64,000 nucleotides of DNA, taken from contig JBHLSH010000004.1 in NCBI GenBank assembly GCA_048881705.1, positions 5,410 through 69,409 of the forward strand. The letters run 5' to 3'. The notes beneath the pieces were generated by a model. That model worked only from the letters and a program-made list of their open reading frames with translations, did not search any database and was not told where the DNA came from. Both the position numbers and the translations under genes were made by a program. This DNA is from Candidatus Heimdallarchaeota archaeon (GTDB lineage: Archaea; Asgardarchaeota; Heimdallarchaeia; Hodarchaeales; Hodarchaeaceae). Below, in pieces: positions 1 to 9,687 of the stretch (position 1 is the stretch's first letter; each line of letters starts with the position of its first letter).

Positions 1-32
1 GTTTATAATCCGACTGAAGCTTTTCCTTAATT

Positions 33-407
33 TCAGGAGAAATCCATAACAATATCTTGAAGTCTATCTGTAACTTCCTCTGCCAACTGTTCTAGCTCAA
101 TCCCCTGTAAAGTTTTGGAATTCTTCATTCGAGCGATACCGGAAAGCATGGGCCAGCAGTTGGAACATATTTCATCGTCAGTTTGAATGGCCAAAACCTG
201 ATCAACTAAAATTTCAATTTTAGCATAAAGTTTCTCGTCTATCCGGACCCCTAACAGTGGACATGTATATTGATTATTTTGGTACATCAAAGGCCTAAGA
301 TCTTGAGTATAACAAGTTGCCCCTTTTTTTAATTGTAAAACACATCCAGATTGAAAGTCGGGTAACTGGATGCGAAAGGGACATAGACCACGGCTGAGAG
401 TTTGCAT
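33..407 (-). CDS. Hypothetical Cys-containing protein (124 aa)
   Basis: ATG preceded on the minus strand by an AAAGGAGA Shine-Dalgarno-like motif; six Cys including CSNC; no recognisable family. Confidence 0.65.
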   Translation of the reverse strand: MQTLSRGLCPFRIQLPDFQSGCVLQLKKGATCYTQDLRPLMYQNNQYTCPLLGVRIDEKLYAKIEILVDQVLAIQTDDEICSNCWPMLSGIARMKNSKTLQGIELEQLAEEVTDRLQDIVMDFS

Positions 408-1156
408 TAAATTCTCCTTTTGCGGTGATGGGAGGTGACTTATCTTATTCAGAATTATTTAGTTTTTTTTGGGTGGCTGTAACGATCAGAGAGCTTAGTA
501 GTTAAATTGAGGAATCGATGTTTTTTATAGCTATTGTTTTGGAAAAGCCGAGTGGTATTCAGCTCAAGGCTGTTCCACTTATACTGAATAGGTGATGAGA
601 GGTGCATTGCATTTGAACAAAGGTTCATTAAAAACCAAAACTCAGACATGTAAATCACTTCAAACTTAAAACACCTTCAATTAGGCAATTACAGGAAAAG
701 GATAGGAGTTGGTCATCTGCAGTGATTTGAAAAACCGCGGGGATTAATGTCCAAGGTTTCGGAAGAACCCATTATCCCATAAGAAAGTTCTCTAAAAACC
801 AGAAACGGAGGCATTTCCATCTGTGTTTTGTATTTAAAACCGTCTAGAGCGATATCTTAGTAAAGAAGCGCCATAATTAAGAAAATTCACTCGAATTGGA
901 TCAATATCAAGAATAATAGAAAGAATACTGATTCCAGTTCTCGAGAGATATCACGAAACTAACAGTTTGAATATGACAATTAATTTAGAGATCACAAATT
1001 AGGAAACCTGCTTAATATACTATTTGGTTGTTTGGACTCATAATAACACACAAGATAACAGCGGCTCAAAAGCAGAAGAAACCCAGAATCTTTTGTTTCA
1101 TGTTTCTGAAATTCCCATCCAAGCTATTTTATATACAGCCAAGATCCCTCGGAGTC

Positions 1157-1471
1157 ATGGCTCCAGGAATATACCTCATTATTGAATTCGATTGGCCTGG
1201 TCATATTACTCCTGAAATTCGAAAAAACGCTTCTGAACTACATAGAGTAGTGGAGGACGAGGAATGGATAAGAGAAGTGGCAGCTGGAAGTAGCGGAATT
1301 GGAGGAATGGCGTCTTCAATCTGGATCTTCTGGTTACGCGATTATTCCTCTTTGGATATCCTATTACGGGATAAAAAAAATGCAATCCATCGTGCATATA
1401 TGGAATTCTTTGAAAAAATGATAAATGTCTCTGATCAGATAAAGGAGGAAATAATATTTGAGAAAGATTAA
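1157..1471 (+). CDS. Small hypothetical protein, possibly dimeric alpha/beta-barrel fold
   Basis: ATG at 1157 preceded by GGAG (ORF track extends to 1028); alternating strand/helix pattern; fold is a guess. Confidence 0.55.
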   Translation: MAPGIYLIIEFDWPGHITPEIRKNASELHRVVEDEEWIREVAAGSSGIGGMASSIWIFWLRDYSSLDILLRDKKNAIHRAYMEFFEKMINVSDQIKEEIIFEKD

Positions 1472-1647
1472 GCATTTAATTGCTGGAATTTGGAAATGTA
1501 AATTGGAAGACTAATATACTGAACTTTGGCACCCTTTGAATGACATAGTGTGATTTTAAATCTAGTTACGTGCCTATTTCATGATATTTAATTTCGATTT
1601 GACACCATAGGTTAAATTAACTCCACTGACAGACCAATCAAAAAAGG

Positions 1648-2844
1648 TTGAACAGCATGAGCTTAGATCAATTACGGGCCCAAATTACGAAAGATGCTCA
1701 AGGACTGGAACACTATCTCATAGATTTACGTCGAACCTTCCATCGTTACCCAGAGACCATGTATGAAGAATTCAAGACCGCGGAGAGAATTTTCGCAGAA
1801 TTGTCGAAGATGGGATATAATCCGATTAGTGCGGCCAAAACAGGGGTGATAGCGTCCATTAGTGGTGAAAATCCAGGTCCAACGGTAGCCCTGAGAGCAG
1901 ACATTGATGCTTTAAATGTTATCGAAGAGAACAAGGATTTAGAATATCATTCTACCATTCCAGGGAAGATGCATGCCTGTGGGCATGATGCGCATATGGC
2001 TATGCTTCTGGGTGCCGCCCGTCTTCTACAAAAGTACGTGAAGGACGTTAAGGGTACCGTAAAATTGATATTCCAACCAGCTGAAGAAGGGGGCGGCGGC
2101 GGTAAGCGAATTGTTGATGAAGGGCATATAAATGATGTAGATGCCATTTTTGGGATACATGTTTGGGGAACCCTTCCCAGTGGAACAATTGCAACGATTC
2201 CTGAGATGATGGCTAGTGCTGATTTCTTTCGAGTGATAGTCAAAGGACGTGGAGGTCATGCGGCTTCTCCCCACTTAACTGTCGATCCCACAGCTGTGCT
2301 TGTAGATATCTATAATGCTCTACAGAAAGTTTGTACAAGGGAGATTACACCATTTCAGCCCGTAGTCATATCTACTCCTGATATCTCTGCAAGTAAGGCC
2401 CATAATGTCATTCCTCCAATTGCCATTATGAAGGGCACCTTTCGCACGATGGACCCGGAAGTAAGAAATCATATAATAGCCCGAATCCCCCAGATCGTGG
2501 AGGGATATTGTACAGCATGGCGTTGCGACGGGGAGGTAATATTCAATGAAGGGGATATGATTCCCTATCCCCCCGTTATAAACCATCCCGAAGCGATCGC
2601 CAAGTTAAAGGTTGTTCTCAATGGATTTGAATCAGTTGAATCCATGCAACCTACAATGGGCGCTGAAGATTTCGCTTTCTATCTAGAAAGGATTAAAGGA
2701 TGTTTTATGGCCTTGGGAGTATATAATGAAGAAAAAGGTACCATATATCCAACCCATCATCCAAAATTTGACGTTGATGAAAGCATCTTATGGAAGGGAA
2801 CTGCGGTTCATGCTTTACTCGGTTTACTTTACTCTAAGGTATAG
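1648..2844 (+). CDS. M20D family amidohydrolase / carboxypeptidase
   Basis: RADIDAL, MHACGHDAH, QPAEE, GIH, GGHAA, GAEDF and HHP.F motifs. Confidence 0.93.
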   Translation: MNSMSLDQLRAQITKDAQGLEHYLIDLRRTFHRYPETMYEEFKTAERIFAELSKMGYNPISAAKTGVIASISGENPGPTVALRADIDALNVIEENKDLEYHSTIPGKMHACGHDAHMAMLLGAARLLQKYVKDVKGTVKLIFQPAEEGGGGGKRIVDEGHINDVDAIFGIHVWGTLPSGTIATIPEMMASADFFRVIVKGRGGHAASPHLTVDPTAVLVDIYNALQKVCTREITPFQPVVISTPDISASKAHNVIPPIAIMKGTFRTMDPEVRNHIIARIPQIVEGYCTAWRCDGEVIFNEGDMIPYPPVINHPEAIAKLKVVLNGFESVESMQPTMGAEDFAFYLERIKGCFMALGVYNEEKGTIYPTHHPKFDVDESILWKGTAVHALLGLLYSKV

Positions 2845-2883
2845 ACTGTGTAGTATTAACAGGATTAACGGATGGGTGAGGAT

Positions 2884-3912
2884 TCAGTGTTCTTCGAGCT
2901 TTGCTATCAAAGCTTCCACTTCTGGTATAGAGAGCCGGGAACGTTCTTGAAAGAGTCTATAAACTCGTTTGTGCATATCTAAATCTCTTATAATGACAGT
3001 AAGTGCTTCGGGGCGCATCCCAAGCTTATCAGGCCCCTGTTCAATTGAAACGACGATGTCAAACAAGCGTCGTGTGCATGCCATTACATCAAAAAGATCC
3101 AAATGCTCTAGCTTCTTCATACTTATCTCGGCGTATCTTTTTTTGAAGTAAAGGCGACGTTCTTGAGTTCTGTAGGCCTCTATAAGCATGAGAGCCCATG
3201 CAAGATCCATTCGATAATCTGATATAGCAAAACCACTCCAATCAATGACATAGGGCCTGTTATGCACATCGAGAATGATGTTATAGGGATGGAAATCATT
3301 ATGGGTAATCGCTAAAGATATCTCAAGATCCCGATTCATGGCTTCCTCTTGGATCCATGAAATAGGCTCTAAAAAACCCCCAAATCCGGAAGCCCTTATG
3401 GTAGCTCGATATTTATCCAATGTTTTCTCGAGAAATCCGATAGGCGAGTAAGATTTTACATAAGGTATCAATTTGCGCCATTTTAGTTCATGTAGCTGCA
3501 CTAACAGTGAAGCAAAGAGATCCACTGCTGAAGGATCGGACGAATCTCCAAGAAGCCCACCAAAGATTCTTTCCATAATACAGAATGGTTTACCGCTAAA
3601 TGGCGAGTTCTTTTGCTCTCCATAATGATAGACCTCAGGTACTGGGTAGCCTAGAGTTTTTAGATGCACCATTCCCGAGAATTCCCGTTTAGATTTTGCC
3701 TCCGCATCTTTTCCAGGATAAATCCGTAATATCAAATCCTGCTTGGGATGGATGCTTTCTGAAAAGGTGAAAGCGTATATCTCTGTCTCCCACCCATCAG
3801 CGAATCGTTCAAAGCTAGGAATCGAAATATTATCAATCTGGGGAAATTCTTTTTTATAATACTCCAGTAAACGATGTTTAATTTGTGAATCTGTCATTGA
3901 ACAGCTTTCCAC
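2884..3912 (-). CDS. Aminoglycoside phosphotransferase (APH/choline kinase-like) family protein
   Basis: Catalytic HNDFHPYNI (Brenner motif) and Mg-binding IDWS; N-lobe GWET...LRIY. Confidence 0.85.
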   Translation of the reverse strand: MESCSMTDSQIKHRLLEYYKKEFPQIDNISIPSFERFADGWETEIYAFTFSESIHPKQDLILRIYPGKDAEAKSKREFSGMVHLKTLGYPVPEVYHYGEQKNSPFSGKPFCIMERIFGGLLGDSSDPSAVDLFASLLVQLHELKWRKLIPYVKSYSPIGFLEKTLDKYRATIRASGFGGFLEPISWIQEEAMNRDLEISLAITHNDFHPYNIILDVHNRPYVIDWSGFAISDYRMDLAWALMLIEAYRTQERRLYFKKRYAEISMKKLEHLDLFDVMACTRRLFDIVVSIEQGPDKLGMRPEALTVIIRDLDMHKRVYRLFQERSRLSIPEVEALIAKLEEH

Positions 3913-4029
3913 GGATCATAGATTGATTTGAAGTTTGAATAAGCCTGAACATTCCGGATGAGGAGCATCGGGAGGTTAAGAGTCTTTATCACAATACCTT
4001 AAAAGAAGCGTTTTAACTTTGGTTTTAGT

Positions 4030-4317
4030 ATGCAACAAGCAAATAACCATGAAGACCCAAGTTTATTTCCCAAAACCCTATCAGAAATTAGTTTTTTCTT
4101 TGTATTTGGGATGATATGTTTGGTTTTAGGCATATTACTTATCTACATTCGAATAGATCTATTCCTTGGTTTTTTTGATACGTCTACTATTGATCAACTA
4201 AGGCCTGGACTTATATTCCCATTTTTTAACCTTTTCTTCTTTCTAGTTGTTTGTGGAGCGATCACTGGAATCGGATTCGCTTTTTTAGGATTTCTAGCCC
4301 ATCTTTTGAGAAGATAG
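4030..4317 (+). CDS. Small two-TM membrane protein
   Basis: ATG start; two hydrophobic segments. Confidence 0.55.
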   Translation: MQQANNHEDPSLFPKTLSEISFFFVFGMICLVLGILLIYIRIDLFLGFFDTSTIDQLRPGLIFPFFNLFFFLVVCGAITGIGFAFLGFLAHLLRR

Positions 4318-4393
4318 TAATCGAATGGAAAAAAAGGAAACAAACTTCTTTTAGTTAGGAATGATAAATCGATTCTCCTGGAACGGTTAATTA

Positions 4394-6496
4394 GTGTTGC
4401 CAAATAGGAGGAGATACGAAAAACTCCTGGAATCTATCATTGAATCAATCCATATATCAGTAATGTCCAAAGAATTAACAGTTGATAGTACAGAAGCTCT
4501 GAAATTCTCGGAACTTACAGGTATGCCTATTGAGGATTATGAGGTTTATCGAAAACTGGCCGCATTATTGATTCTAAATCGATTACGCTTCATCGTCCTT
4601 TTTAGACCCAAAACAGTCTCATTGAATCAAATGATTTGGAAGATCTTCGAAAACCTCCAAAAACAACACTCAAATCTTTTTGTATCATCAATCCTCGAAA
4701 AAATCGCTGTGAACAGCACGTTTCAAACAACTCCAGACGAGCTAAAGTTCATCAAAGAAGAAGGGTCCGATAAGATTATGGCGACGTTGTTCACGGCAAT
4801 CCTATCACAGAATAACCGGCGTAAATTAGGGCAATTTTGGACACCAGCTCCTATTGCTAATGTTATGGTAGACCTCCTTCTTCAGGGCCAAATCGATCGA
4901 ACAAAATCAATCTTAGATCCATGTACAGGTACTGGCATTTTTCTTCAGAAAATTTCGCAGTTCGAGAGGAAGGTTGACGCGAAGGTTGGGGGGATAGAAA
5001 TTCATCCATTACTCTATGAGATCGTACAGGTAAATTCGTACACAGAAAGAACAAACATCAAAATTTTGTATTCTGATTTTCTGACAACCCCGCCAATCCA
5101 ACTGCCTTACCTTTCTGAGGGAACTCTAGCTGTTACTTCTGGAAAGGATCTACAATCAATCCTCCAGCCTATTCCCTCTGTGGGCTACCATGGAATCATC
5201 TGTAATCCCCCTTACTCTCGTCACCATATTCTTTCAAAAGAAACAAAGGACATTGTGGGCAAAGATATTGAACGAACCTTTGGGGGAAAATTTTCTCGAA
5301 TTTCAAGTCAATTTATGTATTTTATCATTAAAGCTTTGAAACTCTTGATCCGAAATGGCCGAATGGTCTTCATCACTCCTACTATTGCCTTCGAGTCTCG
5401 TAACAGCCAGTATCTAAAAGAAATTCTTCGGAAGCGGTTTCAAGTTCGGTACATCATTGTTTTTCACCATTCATTGAATGTTTTCGAGGGAGTTGACACG
5501 TCAGCGTGTATTTTTGTCATTGACGGAAATTTGCCAAAACATTCTGATCTAACAAGGCTAATTGTTATCAATGACGACGTAGTAGTTCCTATTCTCGCTA
5601 AAATCGTAAATCAATCAACATCACGTATTACGAAGTCAATTTCCAGAGACACGGTCCGGATATTTGAAACAAACCAATTTAACCTTGACCCCAAGTTGAA
5701 CTGGACTCACGCACGGTCCTTTTCTTTGGGGGGTGATAGATCGAATGAAGTCCCTTTATCGCGTTTTTTTCACGTGATGCGTGGTATTGCCACTGGTAGA
5801 AATAAATATTTCGTCCTTACGGACGCTGAACGACGAAAATACAATCTACCCGAGACAGTTCTTGTTCCTACTATAACAAAAACACGTCTCGTCCAGAAAT
5901 ATATCCTCACAAATGATGATTTTTACCGATTATTAAATCAGAACAGGAAGGTGTGGTTGCTATATATTCAAGGTAATAGTTCCGTAGATAAACAGCCAAC
6001 ATTACGAGATTATCTGAAACATGGAGAATTGACTGGTGTACCTAATGGAAGTCTCGTCAAAAGTCGGAGAATCTGGTACCAGCTAGAAAGGCGTGAAATT
6101 CCCGTCTTAATTTTCACCTACCTTAGTAGAGGGGCATCTCGATTCATTTTAAACAATGCAGATGTGCGCCCCCTCAATACATTCCTTATGCTTTACCCTC
6201 AACCTAACATCGATTTGTCTTCTCGACAACTTCGTCTTCTTTGGGTTATCCTAAATTCAAATGAAACCAAAAAAGCCCTTAGAGAAACTGGACGTACCTA
6301 TGGGGGCGATACGCTCAAGGTTGAACCAAGAGAACTAATGATGACACCTATCCTAAATCCTTCGAGTGTTTCTACGGACGTCGAGTCAAAACTATTCAAT
6401 TTCGCTTTCGACCTTGAGATATCTACAGTTAAAGAGGCCCAAAAAGGAGTCCTCCCTGCCATTGATTCAATCGTGCGCAAGGAGCTATCAACATGA
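4394..6496 (+). CDS. N6-adenine DNA methyltransferase (gamma class, Eco57I/TaqI-like), solitary
   Basis: GQFWTP, motif I DPCTGTGIF, motif IV NPPY, RGIATG...YF target-recognition region; no flanking endonuclease. Confidence 0.88.
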   Translation: MLPNRRRYEKLLESIIESIHISVMSKELTVDSTEALKFSELTGMPIEDYEVYRKLAALLILNRLRFIVLFRPKTVSLNQMIWKIFENLQKQHSNLFVSSILEKIAVNSTFQTTPDELKFIKEEGSDKIMATLFTAILSQNNRRKLGQFWTPAPIANVMVDLLLQGQIDRTKSILDPCTGTGIFLQKISQFERKVDAKVGGIEIHPLLYEIVQVNSYTERTNIKILYSDFLTTPPIQLPYLSEGTLAVTSGKDLQSILQPIPSVGYHGIICNPPYSRHHILSKETKDIVGKDIERTFGGKFSRISSQFMYFIIKALKLLIRNGRMVFITPTIAFESRNSQYLKEILRKRFQVRYIIVFHHSLNVFEGVDTSACIFVIDGNLPKHSDLTRLIVINDDVVVPILAKIVNQSTSRITKSISRDTVRIFETNQFNLDPKLNWTHARSFSLGGDRSNEVPLSRFFHVMRGIATGRNKYFVLTDAERRKYNLPETVLVPTITKTRLVQKYILTNDDFYRLLNQNRKVWLLYIQGNSSVDKQPTLRDYLKHGELTGVPNGSLVKSRRIWYQLERREIPVLIFTYLSRGASRFILNNADVRPLNTFLMLYPQPNIDLSSRQLRLLWVILNSNETKKALRETGRTYGGDTLKVEPRELMMTPILNPSSVSTDVESKLFNFAFDLEISTVKEAQKGVLPAIDSIVRKELST

Positions 6497-6518
6497 TCTG
6501 TGGTTTAAATTTCTCGTG

Positions 6519-7118
6519 TTAGGGTTTTAAGCGGAGTTTGATGAGAGGTTGAGGTTTGGGATCTTTGAAAGGATCGCCTAAAGGTGAGTCCTCCAAAAAC
6601 GCTGCAATACAGTCTTTGAATTCCCCCAATAAAACTTCAATATCCACTCCCAGATATACTTTAGTGTCAATGTTTTTGACAACGTAATCCAGATTATGTA
6701 TTGTCTTCATAGCTAGGCTCCTTACCCCCTTTATTCGTCGTTGATGGCGTTTAAGAAAGACCGTTGCTAATTGAATAAGACCTTGAAGGAAGCGACCCAG
6801 GGGGGCCTTTTTTTCGCTAAGCTGCCAAATGCCCTCCCAGGTTTCATGGGCTTCCCACCAATAGCAGAAATTGTAGAGATCGAATCCGAATAGATAGGTT
6901 TGATTGGTTTGCCACGAATCTTTGGTAACCAGTTCAATACTATTAAGTTGGGCACCATAGCTATGGCCCTGTGGATCATTTAGAGGATGTGGAGTTACGG
7001 AAGGAAGGTGGGCATACGCAGGCAAAGGAAGGCTCGTGTACCTGATCCAATGAGGATCAATTGGAGAGGGTTGTTCGTTTTTTGAATTATTTGTATTCTT
7101 TAGGTAGGGATCGTTCAT
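6519..7118 (-). CDS. DUF309 family protein
   Basis: YNFCYWWEAHETWEGIW and FLQGLIQLA signature. Confidence 0.8.
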   Translation of the reverse strand: MNDPYLKNTNNSKNEQPSPIDPHWIRYTSLPLPAYAHLPSVTPHPLNDPQGHSYGAQLNSIELVTKDSWQTNQTYLFGFDLYNFCYWWEAHETWEGIWQLSEKKAPLGRFLQGLIQLATVFLKRHQRRIKGVRSLAMKTIHNLDYVVKNIDTKVYLGVDIEVLLGEFKDCIAAFLEDSPLGDPFKDPKPQPLIKLRLKP

Positions 7119-7272
7119 TATTGTACCTTACCTTATCATATGTTTTCAGTCTTGAATCACTTCCACCTGTTCCAAATTCTCATAAAGTTTGCAGCTATTA
7201 TTCATATCCTCCCGAATTCCACAAACGAATTGTTCTAAATTATTTTTGACAATTCCTAGGCAAGGTGTCTCT

Positions 7273-8238
7273 TTGCTCTCCCGTAATGAAAAGAGTTACC
7301 AAGCAACAGCGTATGTTCTTTTGCTTATTACTACCATTGTATGGGCAGGTACTTGGCCTCTTGGAAGGTGGCTAGTCTCGGAAAGCATCGGAGGAGAAAC
7401 GATTCCACCGATGATGATTGCACTTGTACGTTATTTGATCGTAGCTCCCGTGATTTTAATTCTGTTACGCTTAAAGGAGGGGACGCTTAATGTAGGCTTT
7501 GTAAAACTCCATTGGAAATTTTTCTGTTTTCTCGGAATCATATCGGTGACTATCTACCAGGCAGGTTATCTCATTGGAGAATTTTACACTTCAGCGAGTG
7601 ATGCAGTAATTATTATTAGCAGCCAACCATTAATTGTATTGATTTTGGCAAGTGCAGTATTTAAGATAGAAGAATTGAATCTTAAGAAACTGTTCGGGAC
7701 CTTATTATCCTTTTCGGGTATTTTATTGGTTTTTATCTTCTCTCCAAACACTTCGGTTTTAAATCGGGTTCTAGGAAACATCCTTATTTTTGTGGCAGCC
7801 ATATCATACTCAGTCTACCTAGTTGCTTCTAGACGTTTTATCAATGAGAATACTGGCCTATCGAAGACTTTTTCACCTTCTTCCCTTTATATTGTCTCTT
7901 GGGTGTCCTTTTTTGGGATGATAACGCTATTACCTGTGAGCCTTACAGTTCATCCTGAATACCTTGCCAATCCCGTGTTATTTTTGCAGATCCCTAGCAG
8001 AGTATGGTTTGGTATTCTATATTTGGCCCTCTTATCTTCAATTATTGGATATTGGTTCTATCTTGAAGGCATTAAACGATTGTCCGCAAGCCGAGCGGTA
8101 ATCTTTCAAAATTTGGTGCCAATTTTTGGAGTAATCCTCTCCGTAATACTTTTGGGGGAGGTTTTTGATGTTTTAATTCATGGATCTTCGATTACTCTAA
8201 TAATTTCGGGTATTACTCTTGTGAACCGGGAAAAATAA
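7273..8238 (+). CDS. DMT/EamA family transporter
   Basis: 10-TM two-repeat pattern (W-G-W...RY; SASDA...QP; LSASRA...LVP); TTG 7273 start chosen, ORF track extends to 7189. Confidence 0.88.
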   Translation: MLSRNEKSYQATAYVLLLITTIVWAGTWPLGRWLVSESIGGETIPPMMIALVRYLIVAPVILILLRLKEGTLNVGFVKLHWKFFCFLGIISVTIYQAGYLIGEFYTSASDAVIIISSQPLIVLILASAVFKIEELNLKKLFGTLLSFSGILLVFIFSPNTSVLNRVLGNILIFVAAISYSVYLVASRRFINENTGLSKTFSPSSLYIVSWVSFFGMITLLPVSLTVHPEYLANPVLFLQIPSRVWFGILYLALLSSIIGYWFYLEGIKRLSASRAVIFQNLVPIFGVILSVILLGEVFDVLIHGSSITLIISGITLVNREK

Positions 8239-8306
8239 GTTTCTTCCGTTGTCTCCATGCACCATCAGCGCTGAAATAGCCCATAAAAAGGATAAAGAGC
8301 CCCCGA

Positions 8307-9164
8307 TCAAAGGTCAGATTCTTCAAGGATCGCTTGAACTAAAGATCCCGTTCTATAACCGCCACAATCTATGGCTGCATATCGATATCCGAATTCCTTA
8401 AACCTTTGATTGATATCATCGAGAATTTGCCCCTCCAACAATTTTTCTCTCTCCTCGGCGGCGACCTCGACCCTCGCCAATCCGTCATGGTCCCGAACAC
8501 GGACGACGCGTATCCCGTATGTATCCATGAGATAGCGTTCAGCTTTTCCGACTCGTTGTAGTTTCTTCACAGTGATTCGCTCCCCTGGTGGAAATCGAGA
8601 ACTCAAGCAAGCAAGACTGGGCTTATCCGCATTGGGAAGCCCAAAATAATGGGCCAATTGTCGAATGTCGTCTTTGGTCAATTTGCCTTGCAGCAAAGGG
8701 GAATTCACGGAGTGTTCCTTAAGTGCACGAAGTCCTGGCCGATGCCCACGGACCTCGCTGAAGTTCGTACCCTCAACGATGACATCGGCCTTAAATTGTT
8801 CTGCAACTGTTTTTAATGCTTCAGACAATCCGTGCTTGCAATAATAGCACCTATCTATAGGATTGGCAACAAAGTTAGGATCCTCCAGCTCGTTTATACG
8901 AATAACACGGTGATTCCATTTTCTTTTTTCTGCTAACAGGGTTGCTTCTTCTACTTCGCCAGGCAGAACTGTAGGTGAATCGGCTGTAACGGTAAGCATG
9001 CGTTTTGCATAACGATAACCTAGCTCAGCCAGAACTGAGGAATCGACCCCTCCACTATATGCGATAACCACTGATTTCCCTTCAAAGAATTCTTTGAATT
9101 CCAGCAATTTTTCCTTTAAGCTAGGACTTAGAGCTTTTTTGTGCTGAACTGTCATATAAATCAT
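8307..9164 (-). CDS. larE: LarE-family ATP-dependent sulfur transferase (PP-loop)
   Basis: SGGVDS PP-loop, RCYYCK, RPGLRA, SLACLSSRF, RVRDH motifs. Confidence 0.88.
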   Translation of the reverse strand: MIYMTVQHKKALSPSLKEKLLEFKEFFEGKSVVIAYSGGVDSSVLAELGYRYAKRMLTVTADSPTVLPGEVEEATLLAEKRKWNHRVIRINELEDPNFVANPIDRCYYCKHGLSEALKTVAEQFKADVIVEGTNFSEVRGHRPGLRALKEHSVNSPLLQGKLTKDDIRQLAHYFGLPNADKPSLACLSSRFPPGERITVKKLQRVGKAERYLMDTYGIRVVRVRDHDGLARVEVAAEEREKLLEGQILDDINQRFKEFGYRYAAIDCGGYRTGSLVQAILEESDL

Positions 9165-9279
9165 AACTCATGACGTTTTGCTAAAAGGCTAATCTTTATT
9201 GAATAGGATGCTCAATAAGTGGGATATTTCCTTGGAAGCATAAACTTAACTTTTCGATACAATCACTATTTCCGCTAAG

Positions 9280-9627
9280 ATGTACAAAGTAGATAACTAC
9301 AAATTTGGTGAAATCAATGTATCGGGCGATTCCTACTACAGAGATTTAATTATATTTCCCGACAACATCCTTACGAACTGGTGGCGACGAGAAGGTCATG
9401 GATTATGTCTGGAGGATTTGGACGAGATACTAAGGAGACCAATAGGGCTGTTAATAATAGGCACTGGTTATAACAGCCGTATGCAGGTTACAAACGCCAT
9501 GAAAAAAGAGTTAGAGCAATTAAACATCAAAATTATCGCTGAAAACTCACGCAAGGCCGTGGAACTATATAACCAACTAGTGGATAAAAGGAATGATATC
9601 GCACTGGCCATTCATTTGACTTGTTGA
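9280..9627 (+). CDS. Mth938-like (DUF498/AAMDC) protein
   Basis: WWRREGH, IIGTG and C-terminal HLTC. Confidence 0.88.
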   Translation: MYKVDNYKFGEINVSGDSYYRDLIIFPDNILTNWWRREGHGLCLEDLDEILRRPIGLLIIGTGYNSRMQVTNAMKKELEQLNIKIIAENSRKAVELYNQLVDKRNDIALAIHLTC

Positions 9628-9687
9628 CCAGCTCCTCTTTCCGAGTTCAGGGCTTTAAAGTAACATAAGCCAGAAGCAGATAAAGAC

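Noticed and set aside
455-658. 67-aa minus-strand ORF upstream of the first gene
   Set aside because: No RBS, motif or recognisable composition; cannot be distinguished from a chance ORF
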